Positions 1 through 5,995 of a stretch of DNA of 35,026 nt are shown here, piece after piece. The notes beneath the pieces are model-generated. The model worked only from the letters and a program-made list of their open reading frames with translations, did not search any database and had not been told where the DNA came from. The DNA comes from a virus, in IMG/VR virus record IMGVR_UViG_3300045988_156067. One strand, 5' to 3'. Both the position numbers and the translations under genes were made by a program. The stretch's first letter is position 1. The number at the start of each line of letters is the position of its first letter.

Positions 1-141
1 GCCTGCATGGACACATTGCAAAGTGCGGCAATTTCTTTCGCTGTGGTAGCATGCAACGCCCACAGCACACAAGCCGGCATCAGGCAACCCACTGCAAAAC
101 GGTCAGCTTCTTGCTCCTCTTCGGTGCGACCGCTGTCCCGA
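1..141. repeat. Left copy of the 141-bp exact terminal direct repeat (identical to 34886..35026)
   Basis: Compared base by base: gcctgcatggacacattgcaaagtgcgg...gcgaccgctgtcccga occurs at both window ends. Confidence 0.95.
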
Positions 142-413
142 AAACGTGGGTCACTGCCAACATGACCTAATAGATAGTGTCCCAGTTCATGCATGACAGT
201 AAAACGCTGCCGTTGCACAGATTGGCTCTTGTTTAGCAAGATAATACCATTATTGGTCACTTTCCCAGCCTGTTCGATGTCATCATAAACACATTGCAGC
301 TGGTATTGTACGGCAATCTGCACGGGTTTCAGCGGCAGTTCCGTCACGTGGCAATCAATCAGGCATTGCCAGCTTGCATTCCTGACATGTTGATATTTTC
401 CATAATTCAGCAT
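1..413 (-). CDS. immA: ImmA/IrrE-family zinc metallopeptidase, N-terminal 137 codons; the ORF runs off the left edge and continues at 34885..34771 after circularisation (175 aa in total)
   Basis: My own minus-strand translation from the ATG at 413 gives MLNYGKYQHVRNASW...QRQRFTVMHELGHYLLGHVGSDPRF...EEEQEADRFAVGCLMPA, with an HEXXH zinc site. There is no stop before position 1. 413+115 nt = 528 nt, which is in frame. The gene lies directly downstream of the XRE repressor. It is absent from the supplied ORF track because it has no in-window stop. Confidence 0.85.
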   Translation of the reverse strand, partial: MLNYGKYQHVRNASWQCLIDCHVTELPLKPVQIAVQYQLQCVYDDIEQAGKVTNNGIILLNKSQSVQRQRFTVMHELGHYLLGHVGSDPRFRDSGRTEEEQEADRFAVGCLMPACVLWALHATTAKEIAALCNVSMQ

Positions 414-458
414 AATTCACCCTTGTGTTATTGTAACACGAGGGCGTTTTTTTATGCA

Positions 459-980
459 TTACAAATCATCCGGCACACGTGGCAGGTTCGCAATTCGTTC
501 TCGCTCTGCCTGCGTCATCTCTTCGGTATGCGGCGGTTCTCCGCCACGGGCTGCGACTTTTACCGTATAAACCATAGATTCTTTTAGATTGATTGGCTGG
601 TCTGCTTGATGGTTTTCTACAATCTTCTGCACAAATCGGTCAATCACCTGCTTGTCGTTTTCTTCTAAGCCGATATACGTTTCCAGGACCTTTCGGGCGG
701 TATCACTCAGCTTGTACTGCTTAACCAGCTGGTCAATTACAGATAACGCATTTGCATCATACATTTCGCCCGTTCCATGTTCCAACCATTCCCGGTTGAT
801 GCCGTATTCTTTGCAAATGATACCTATAATCAGTGGTTTTTCTGCAGCATTCGTTTCATTTCTGTCCCAGTTTCTCACAACATGACCAGATACTCCGATT
901 TTTGCACCAAATGCGTCACGAGACAAATGCAAACTCTTTCGCAACTCTAATATTCTTGCGTTTACACTCATTTCGTCCAT
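459..980 (-). CDS. immR: XRE/Cro-C1-family HTH repressor (ImmR-like, no S24 autocleavage domain)
   Basis: 173-aa track ORF. The N-terminal HTH reads ARILELRKSLHLSRDAFGAKIGVSGHVVRNWDRNE. An AGGAGGTGA SD sits at 993..985. The gene is divergent from the early operon and followed by immA. Confidence 0.85.
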   Translation of the reverse strand: MDEMSVNARILELRKSLHLSRDAFGAKIGVSGHVVRNWDRNETNAAEKPLIIGIICKEYGINREWLEHGTGEMYDANALSVIDQLVKQYKLSDTARKVLETYIGLEENDKQVIDRFVQKIVENHQADQPINLKESMVYTVKVAARGGEPPHTEEMTQAERERIANLPRVPDDL

Positions 981-1004
981 ACTATCACCTCCTATCTGCT
1001 ATTT

Positions 1005-1033
1005 ATTATATCACACAAAAAAGTGGCTGTCAA
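1005..1033 (-). promoter_or_regulatory. Repressor promoter: TTGACA-17 bp-TATAAT on the minus strand
   Basis: The + strand reads attata at 1005..1010 and tgtcaa at 1028..1033 with a 17-bp spacer, so both hexamers match consensus. It lies just upstream of the repressor SD and start. Confidence 0.7.
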
Positions 1034-1037
1034 CCAA
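1023..1037. promoter_or_regulatory. Operator-like 15-bp palindrome O1 (GTGGCT-GTC-AACCAA, imperfect)
   Basis: It shares the half-site TTGG(C/T)T with O2 and O3 and overlaps the -35 of the repressor promoter. Confidence 0.55.
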
Positions 1038-1067
1038 AAATAAAAAATATTTTTTTGGAAAAAGGGG

Positions 1068-1096
1068 TTGACAAACAGAAAAAAGTGTGTTATAAT
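1068..1096 (+). promoter_or_regulatory. Early rightward promoter: TTGACA-17 bp-TGtTATAAT (extended -10)
   Basis: TTGACA at 1068..1073 and TATAAT at 1091..1096 with a 17-bp spacer; a TG sits at 1088..1089. Confidence 0.75.
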
Positions 1097-1110
1097 TGGC
1101 TCACAGCCAA
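1096..1110. promoter_or_regulatory. Operator-like perfect palindrome O2 (TTGGCT-CAC-AGCCAA)
   Basis: Perfect 6-3-6 dyad that starts on the last base of the -10 hexamer and covers the expected transcription start. Confidence 0.65.
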
Positions 1111-1127
1111 AACAAAGGAAACGAAAA

Positions 1128-1142
1128 TTGGTTGTAAACCAA
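1128..1142. promoter_or_regulatory. Operator-like perfect palindrome O3 (TTGGTT-GTA-AACCAA)
   Basis: Perfect 6-3-6 dyad whose centre is 32 bp from the O2 centre, about three helical turns. Confidence 0.6.
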
Positions 1143-1233
1143 ATCAGCCAAGACCAGCAGAAAACTTAAACGGGAAGTAAACCGCAGGAGAAAACTGAAA
1201 GCCGGACTGAAATTAAATCAGAAAGGTGGTGAG

Positions 1234-1410
1234 ATGATGAAAATCGAAATCACAACTTGCAACGCAATCACCTGCGAAGAACTGAAAGACTTCATGATGT
1301 TCTTAAGCTTTGCTGAAAAAAGATACCCCAGCTTAGAGGTTTCCCTGAAAGCTGAGGTACTTGAGAAAAGTGTTAAGCCTAAGAAAATTGTTAAGGCTAA
1401 AGAAGTTTAA
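1234..1410 (+). CDS. Small hypothetical protein (58 aa, MMKIEITTCNAITCEELKDF...)
   Basis: My own translation; the ORF is below the track size cut-off. A GAAAGGTGGTGA SD precedes ATG 1234/1237. It is the first ORF after the early promoter. Its stop overlaps the stop of the convergent gene at 1407. Confidence 0.4.
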   Translation: MMKIEITTCNAITCEELKDFMMFLSFAEKRYPSLEVSLKAEVLEKSVKPKKIVKAKEV

Positions 1411-1652
1411 AATGGAATAGGCGTGCATTGCACTTCGACGTAGAAGATTTCATTACTTGAAAAAGTCACATTCAAGCCATTGCCTATAATGTGGTACAAA
1501 TTATACCCCGTTCCAAACATGTGTGTGGCTAAAGCAGCACCTTCTACTCTTTTCAAGCCACTTTCGGGAGTTCCATATTCCACAAATGAAACATTTTCAA
1601 ATGTAACTTCTCCAATGTCAGTTCCCTTGAACATAATGCTTATCGTTTCCAT
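1407..1652 (-). CDS. Hypothetical protein, reverse-oriented moron (81 aa from the ATG at 1652; the track extends to a GTG at 1661)
   Basis: Track ORF METISIMFKGTDIGEVTFENVSF.... A GGAAGGGAGG SD at 1670..1661 lies about 8 nt upstream of the ATG at 1652. The gene has its own near-consensus promoter. I recognise no family. Confidence 0.65.
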   Translation of the reverse strand: METISIMFKGTDIGEVTFENVSFVEYGTPESGLKRVEGAALATHMFGTGYNLYHIIGNGLNVTFSSNEIFYVEVQCTPIPF

Positions 1653-1675
1653 TCTATTCACCTCCCTTCCATACT

Positions 1676-1704
1676 ACTATACCACGCTTTGCATATTTTG
1701 TCAA
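1676..1704 (-). promoter_or_regulatory. Promoter of the reverse moron: TTGACA-17 bp-TATAGT on the minus strand
   Basis: The + strand reads actata at 1676..1681 and tgtcaa at 1699..1704 with a 17-bp spacer. Confidence 0.55.
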
Positions 1705-1717
1705 CTTAACATATAAA
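1689..1717 (+). promoter_or_regulatory. Candidate promoter TTGCAT-17 bp-TATAAA for the gene at 1742
   Basis: TTGCAT at 1689..1694 and TATAAA at 1712..1717. It sits back-to-back with, and overlaps, the minus-strand promoter. Confidence 0.45.
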
Positions 1718-1741
1718 AAAACATCGAAAGGTGGTGATGGC

Positions 1742-1960
1742 ATGAAGAGAGATGGAACAGCCTATTATCCGGTGCTGGAATCTGAAATCATACTGCGGAA
1801 GATTTCAAAAAAGGATATCTACCAGCTTTTAGATGTGCAGGCAAACACATTTACACTGAAGCTGAATGGAAACCTGCGTTTTTCACTGGATGAAGCAATC
1901 CGTATTCAGGAAACATTCTTTTCGGATGTTTCTGTAAACCAGCTATTTCAACATGAATGA
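1742..1960 (+). CDS. Small putative HTH DNA-binding protein (Cro/excisionase-like candidate)
   Basis: 72-aa ORF with a GAAAGGTGGTGA SD. The candidate HTH is KKDIYQLLDVQANTFTLKLNG. It occupies the first position of the rightward early genes. Confidence 0.55.
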   Translation: MKRDGTAYYPVLESEIILRKISKKDIYQLLDVQANTFTLKLNGNLRFSLDEAIRIQETFFSDVSVNQLFQHE

Positions 1961-1990
1961 ATGCTTAACACTTGTTTTTAACACTCGCCT

Positions 1991-2056
1991 GAGCATTAAA
2001 CGAGCGTTAAGCGAGCGTAAAGAGAGCGTAAAGAGAGCGTAAAGAGAGGGAACGAA
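1991..2056. repeat. Six tandem 11-bp units (gagcattaaac, gagcgttaagc, 3x gagcgtaaaga, gagggaacgaa)
   Basis: Read directly from the sequence. Three central units are identical. The last unit doubles as the SD of the ORF at 2058. Confidence 0.9.
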
Positions 2057-2057
2057 A

Positions 2058-2309
2058 ATGGAAAAATACAAGTTGACAATAAGAAATAATACCTATGTAA
2101 GCCTTTATTATGGAGAACAATTTATTCATTGCTATGATAATTGCACGGAATATGGCGAGGAAATCATGGCAGAAATTGAAAAAAGAACAGGAATGAATTT
2201 CTATGATATTCCTGTCGAAATGCCACGTGATTTTACCGGATTCCGTTTTTTAGGCTTGAGAGGTTGGCACTCGTTTTATTCCGATGAAGTAAAAGCCTTG
2301 AAAAGATAA
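2058..2309 (+). CDS. Hypothetical protein (83 aa)
   Basis: Track ORF with a GAGGGAACGAAA SD region upstream. I recognise no family. Confidence 0.6.
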   Translation: MEKYKLTIRNNTYVSLYYGEQFIHCYDNCTEYGEEIMAEIEKRTGMNFYDIPVEMPRDFTGFRFLGLRGWHSFYSDEVKALKR

Positions 2310-2354
2310 CATCCTGATGCCCTATCGGCAATATGGAGAGAAAGGAAACGAAAA

Positions 2355-2543
2355 ATGACAAAAGCAGAAATCAAACAGCTTGCAAAAGATGCAGGCGTGT
2401 ACATGTGGCAAATCGCTGAAAAGCTGGGAATTAATGATGGCAATTTCAGCCGTAAGCTACGCCGCCCACTGTCAGAAACGGACACTGCAAAAGTGCTTGC
2501 AGCCATTGAGCAGCTGAAAGCAGAACAGGCAAACATAAGATAA
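2355..2543 (+). CDS. Small HTH DNA-binding protein (62 aa)
   Basis: MWQIAEKLGINDGNFSRKLR is a typical helix-turn-helix. An AGAGAAAGGAAA SD region lies upstream. Confidence 0.6.
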   Translation: MTKAEIKQLAKDAGVYMWQIAEKLGINDGNFSRKLRRPLSETDTAKVLAAIEQLKAEQANIR

Positions 2544-2695
2544 GCACTTGCTTAAATAACGATGTGGCAGCATCGTAGCCATTGGCAAACACCTCATTCT
2601 TTGCCTAATGCTAACAACGCCCGTCGGGAGCGTATCCCGACCCACTGCCCGTAAGGGTAAATTGCAACGGCGAAAGCCAGAAAGGAAGTATCATT

Positions 2696-3427
2696 ATGGA
2701 CGAACTCATTAAAGTCAACTACGAGAACGTAGACCGCCCGACCGTATCGGGTCGGGAACTGTGGGAGGCTCTGGAAGTGAAAACCGATTACCCACATTGG
2801 TTTGAGCGGATGACAGAGTACGGATTTTCAGAAGAAAAAGACTATCAGACATTTTTGTCCGATAGGGTTGATGGCAAAGCAGGTAAGCCACGCACTGACC
2901 ACCAAATCACCATCCCCATGGCGAAAGAGTTGTGTATGCTCCAGCGAACCGAAAAGGGAAAGTTCTGGCGGCAGTATTTCATCAACGTCGAAGAGAAGTG
3001 GAACAGCCCCGAAGCCATCATGGCAAGAGCGTTGCAGCTGTCGAACGTAAAGATGAAGCAGCTGGAAACGACCGTCAACGACCTGCAAAAGCAGATGGAG
3101 CAGGACAAGCCAAAGGTCTTATTTGCCGACAGCGTGACCGCATCGAGCAGCAGCATCCTGATTGGTGAGCTTGCAAAGCTGATTAAGCAAAACGGCGTGG
3201 ACATCGGGCAACGGCGGTTGTTTGAGTGGATGCGGGTAAATGGCTATCTGATTAAGCGGAAAGGTTCTGAATACAATCTACCGACGCAACGAAGCATGGA
3301 ACAGGGCTTAATGGAAATCAAAGAAACCAGCGTGGTACATACTGGGTACACAACCATCAGTAAGACACCGAAAGTTACCGGAAAAGGACAGGTTTACTTC
3401 ATCAATCTGTTTCTGGGACAGGCTTGA
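2696..3427 (+). CDS. Phage antirepressor with an AntA/AntB N-terminal domain and a KilAC (ANT) C-terminal domain
   Basis: The N-terminus VSGRELWEALEVKTDYPHWFERMTEYGFSEEKDY matches the AntA pattern. The C-terminus LFEWMRVNGYLIKRKG..NLPTQRSMEQGLMEIKE....TPKVTGKGQVYF matches the KilAC pattern. Confidence 0.88.
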   Translation: MDELIKVNYENVDRPTVSGRELWEALEVKTDYPHWFERMTEYGFSEEKDYQTFLSDRVDGKAGKPRTDHQITIPMAKELCMLQRTEKGKFWRQYFINVEEKWNSPEAIMARALQLSNVKMKQLETTVNDLQKQMEQDKPKVLFADSVTASSSSILIGELAKLIKQNGVDIGQRRLFEWMRVNGYLIKRKGSEYNLPTQRSMEQGLMEIKETSVVHTGYTTISKTPKVTGKGQVYFINLFLGQA

Positions 3428-3441
3428 AAGGGGGTGACTTT

Positions 3442-3561
3442 ATGAAAGAACTGGAACTGATTGCTTATTGCTTGTCTTTGATGAGCGAAGAAGACTACAA
3501 TCTGATGCTGGCGTTTATGGCTGGTGCAACATTCAAGCGGCTGGAAACAGCGAACAAGTAA
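3442..3561 (+). CDS. Very small hypothetical ORF (39 aa)
   Basis: My own translation MKELELIAYCLSLMSEEDYNLMLAFMAGATFKRLETANK, preceded by an AAGGGGGTGA SD. Confidence 0.35.
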   Translation: MKELELIAYCLSLMSEEDYNLMLAFMAGATFKRLETANK

Positions 3562-3573
3562 GGAGGAAATGGC

Positions 3574-3732
3574 ATGGAAAAGCCGATGAAAGCAAGCGTT
3601 GTGCCTGCAAAGGAGCAGGCAGACCGTTCGGTCTATGAAGCACTGGCGATGATGATTGTGGAGTTCTACAAACGGAATCCGGAGTTCGTAGAACATCCAG
3701 AACGGATGGCAGAGCATGAGCCGGAAAGTTGA
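3574..3732 (+). CDS. Small hypothetical protein (52 aa)
   Basis: My own translation MEKPMKASVVPAKEQ.... AGGAGG at 3562..3567 lies 6 nt from the ATG. Confidence 0.5.
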   Translation: MEKPMKASVVPAKEQADRSVYEALAMMIVEFYKRNPEFVEHPERMAEHEPES

Positions 3733-3931
3733 GTATCGGAACGGGTTCAAATACATGTACTGCGAGCAGTGTGACTTGGATTTTAACGTTCCGATTCAGA
3801 AAACAGGTTTTTTCATCTGTCCATGGTGCGAGATGAAGAACCGAAAGAAGGAAAAGGAGTGTGAAGCTAATGGCGAAACCTGTCGTTCGGAGCGTCCGTG
3901 TGAATCCGGAAATGCAGTTCACAACGGATGA
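3716..3931 (+). CDS. Small zinc-ribbon protein (CxxC...CxxC)
   Basis: CEQCDLDFNVPIQKTGFFICPWC. The start overlaps the previous stop. The C-terminal tail overlaps the next ORF. Confidence 0.5.
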   Translation: MSRKVEYRNGFKYMYCEQCDLDFNVPIQKTGFFICPWCEMKNRKKEKECEANGETCRSERPCESGNAVHNG

Positions 3932-4097
3932 CTTGCTACGGATGCTCTTCGGCGTGAATGCTTGCGGATTTGCAGACAAGGTTCGGAATGATACTTCTGG
4001 GGAGTATGATTTTCTCCTGGAAGATGATAGAGAGGAGCGAAAAGATGGGAAAAATCGTTATCAAGACAAACCCGAAGGGCGATACAGTCGGCATTGA
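3870..4097 (+). CDS. Hypothetical protein
   Basis: Internal ATG of track ORF 3861..4097, with an AAGGAG SD about 11 nt upstream. Confidence 0.45.
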   Translation: MAKPVVRSVRVNPEMQFTTDDLLRMLFGVNACGFADKVRNDTSGEYDFLLEDDREERKDGKNRYQDKPEGRYSRH

Positions 4098-4287
4098 GGT
4101 GAGAGGTTTTGAAGAAATTGATGCTGCTATAATGACCATTTGTGCATTTGTCAAAATCATAAGCGGGCTCAATCGAGAGAGTAAAAAGAGTGCCTTTTAT
4201 GCAGCTGGCATCATTCTTAAAAGCATTGCAGACAAGGTGGACTCTGAACCAGAGGAGGAACGGGAAAATGGGAACAACAGCGATTGA
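4045..4287 (+). CDS. Hypothetical protein (80 aa)
   Basis: Internal ATG of track ORF 3958..4287, preceded by GAGAGGAGCGAAAAG. Confidence 0.5.
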   Translation: MGKIVIKTNPKGDTVGIEVRGFEEIDAAIMTICAFVKIISGLNRESKKSAFYAAGIILKSIADKVDSEPEEERENGNNSD

Positions 4288-4480
4288 ACCCGGTAAAGGA
4301 AGCTGGCGTGTTGAGGAACTGGAGAACATGGATTCTTTACAAGCTGCCAAAATATCGCTTGCAATGTTTGCAGGCACAACAATGGCTCTTGCTAAGCAAG
4401 GAAGATGTGTAGAATGTGCGATTGTGATGGACGCAGCACGCCAGATTTTGGACAAATTAAGCAAGGATGTGAGCAAATGA
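4268..4480 (+). CDS. Hypothetical protein (70 aa)
   Basis: Internal ATG of track ORF 4190..4480, preceded by a GAGGAGGA SD. Confidence 0.5.
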   Translation: MGTTAIEPGKGSWRVEELENMDSLQAAKISLAMFAGTTMALAKQGRCVECAIVMDAARQILDKLSKDVSK

Positions 4481-4806
4481 CCCCAGAAGAACAACGGCAG
4501 AAGAAGAACCAAGAATTGCTGGAAAGCTACAACTGGTATAAAGCCCACCATGTTTGTGTGCGATGCCGTAACGCTTCCGCAACGGACGGGTTTGTCACTT
4601 GCCCGAAATGCCGGGAAGCAATCAACGCAGGGCATCGCTTCTGGTACGCTGCATTAACGTCCGAGCAGAAGAAGAAAGGACAGGCGAAAACAAAAGCCAT
4701 TCGGGCTAAGTGGCGAGCAGACGGGCTTTGCACCCGATGTGGCAGAGAGCGAGAAGACAAGCAGTTTTTAACATGCAGGCGATGCAGGAAAGGAAAGCAC
4801 AAATGA
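4477..4806 (+). CDS. Tandem zinc-ribbon protein, paralogue of the gene at 9812..10330
   Basis: ATGA start/stop overlap with the previous gene. Two CxxC-x(9-12)-CxxC units flank a basic helix: WYKAHHVCVRC...CPKC...SEQKKK...CTRCG...CRRC. Confidence 0.6.
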   Translation: MTPEEQRQKKNQELLESYNWYKAHHVCVRCRNASATDGFVTCPKCREAINAGHRFWYAALTSEQKKKGQAKTKAIRAKWRADGLCTRCGREREDKQFLTCRRCRKGKHK

Positions 4807-5105
4807 CTAAATTTAAGGTTGGAAAAACCTACAGCATTAAAAACGAAATCGGAAAAAGCTGGTTTAAGTCTTATGAGATTGTGGCAAGAACCGCTTGTAC
4901 GCTTACCCTAAAAGACGAGAGTGGCAAAATCATCAGATGCAGAATCAGCAAAAAGTTTTCCGCTTTTAACAAGGCAGAAACAGCTTTTCCGGAAGGTATT
5001 CGTTCTGGAAACTATCCAATCAGAGCAGACATGCCGTATCAAACGTTTAGCTTTAAGCCAGTGGCGGAAGCGATAAGCGAGATACTTTTTAAAAGGATGG
5101 GGTGA
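4803..5105 (+). CDS. Hypothetical protein (100 aa)
   Basis: ATGA overlap with the previous gene. I recognise no family. Confidence 0.55.
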   Translation: MTKFKVGKTYSIKNEIGKSWFKSYEIVARTACTLTLKDESGKIIRCRISKKFSAFNKAETAFPEGIRSGNYPIRADMPYQTFSFKPVAEAISEILFKRMG

Positions 5106-5112
5106 TGGTTAC

Positions 5113-5508
5113 ATGCAAACGATGATTTTAGGCGGCATTGCTGCCGCTATCTGCTGGGTTGCCTGGCGGCGACACAATCACCTATTGGACAAGCAAGCAG
5201 CGGATTCCGGCAGAGCATTGAAACCCGTTCCAGCTGGATTTGACTACCAAGCAGCACGAGAGGAAGCAGACCGCATGGAAAGCAATCTCCGGCAGTACGA
5301 GCAGTGCAATCAGTTGATAAATGATAGTGTTGTGGCGATTCAGACGGGCGAGAGTATGCCGATTGAGATTACTCATTTTGACAACAGAGGGCGGCGAGTA
5401 CATACCACACTGACTGACATTCCGCCGGAGGTCGTCAACGACTTTGCACATCGGCTGCTGGAGGTTTGCACAGAGCGATGCAGCACTTCCCCACCTACCG
5501 ATGAATGA
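5113..5508 (+). CDS. Hypothetical protein with an N-terminal transmembrane anchor
   Basis: MQTMILGGIAAAICWVAW is a hydrophobic helix followed by a soluble domain. Confidence 0.6.
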   Translation: MQTMILGGIAAAICWVAWRRHNHLLDKQAADSGRALKPVPAGFDYQAAREEADRMESNLRQYEQCNQLINDSVVAIQTGESMPIEITHFDNRGRRVHTTLTDIPPEVVNDFAHRLLEVCTERCSTSPPTDE

Positions 5509-5577
5509 CGGAAAAACCCGTCTTTTTGGGTAGAAAAGCAGGAGAAAAACAGGAAGAAAAACGCAGTAGGGGAGCGG

Positions 5578-5934
5578 ATGCAAATGCAAGTTATCAAGTA
5601 TTGCCTGCGATGCAACGAACCAATCAGCGACATCTACCACAACAGCTATCACAGCCACATTGCGTTGAAATACTGTGAAGCATGCAGAAAAGTGGTGAAA
5701 AAAGAACAGGATGCACAGGCGAAAGAGCGTTATCGAAAACGCAAAATGAATCAGAAATTATCGGAAAGATGGTCAGAAGAAGAAACGTACAACACCATCA
5801 AAATTACAGTTGGAGAACTTGGAAACGCCATGAAGAAACAACTGAAACTGACAGAAGAGAAATGCGAGGCTCTGGAAAAAGAGTTACTGCAGGAACGGGC
5901 AAAAAAGAACCCTCGCACCGGCGGCAACCAGTGA
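5578..5934 (+). CDS. Zinc-ribbon plus coiled-coil protein, third member of the Cys-rich family
   Basis: CLRC...H.H...CEAC is followed by the basic segment KERYRKRK and a predicted coiled coil. Confidence 0.55.
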   Translation: MQMQVIKYCLRCNEPISDIYHNSYHSHIALKYCEACRKVVKKEQDAQAKERYRKRKMNQKLSERWSEEETYNTIKITVGELGNAMKKQLKLTEEKCEALEKELLQERAKKNPRTGGNQ

Positions 5935-5995
5935 CGAGGGATGATAAAAAAACTAACACATCCCAATCTTAACACAGGGAGAAAGGAAAGTCAAG

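Noticed and set aside
1-141. The 141-bp direct repeats at both ends as attL/attR, LTR-like ends or virion terminal repeats.
   Set aside because: The repeat lies in the middle of a protein-coding ORF (immA) that is restored exactly in frame by circularisation. There is no host DNA on either side. This is most simply a circular-contig overlap.
294-587. 97-aa + strand ORF overlapping immA and the repressor 3' end.
   Set aside because: It lies entirely antisense to two well-supported genes, has no SD, and its composition (C/F/R/H-rich) is typical of a shadow frame.
833-1180. 115-aa + strand ORF spanning the repressor 5' end and the whole promoter/operator region.
   Set aside because: It runs through both promoters and all three operators, has no SD, and is low-complexity. 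The region is better explained as regulatory.
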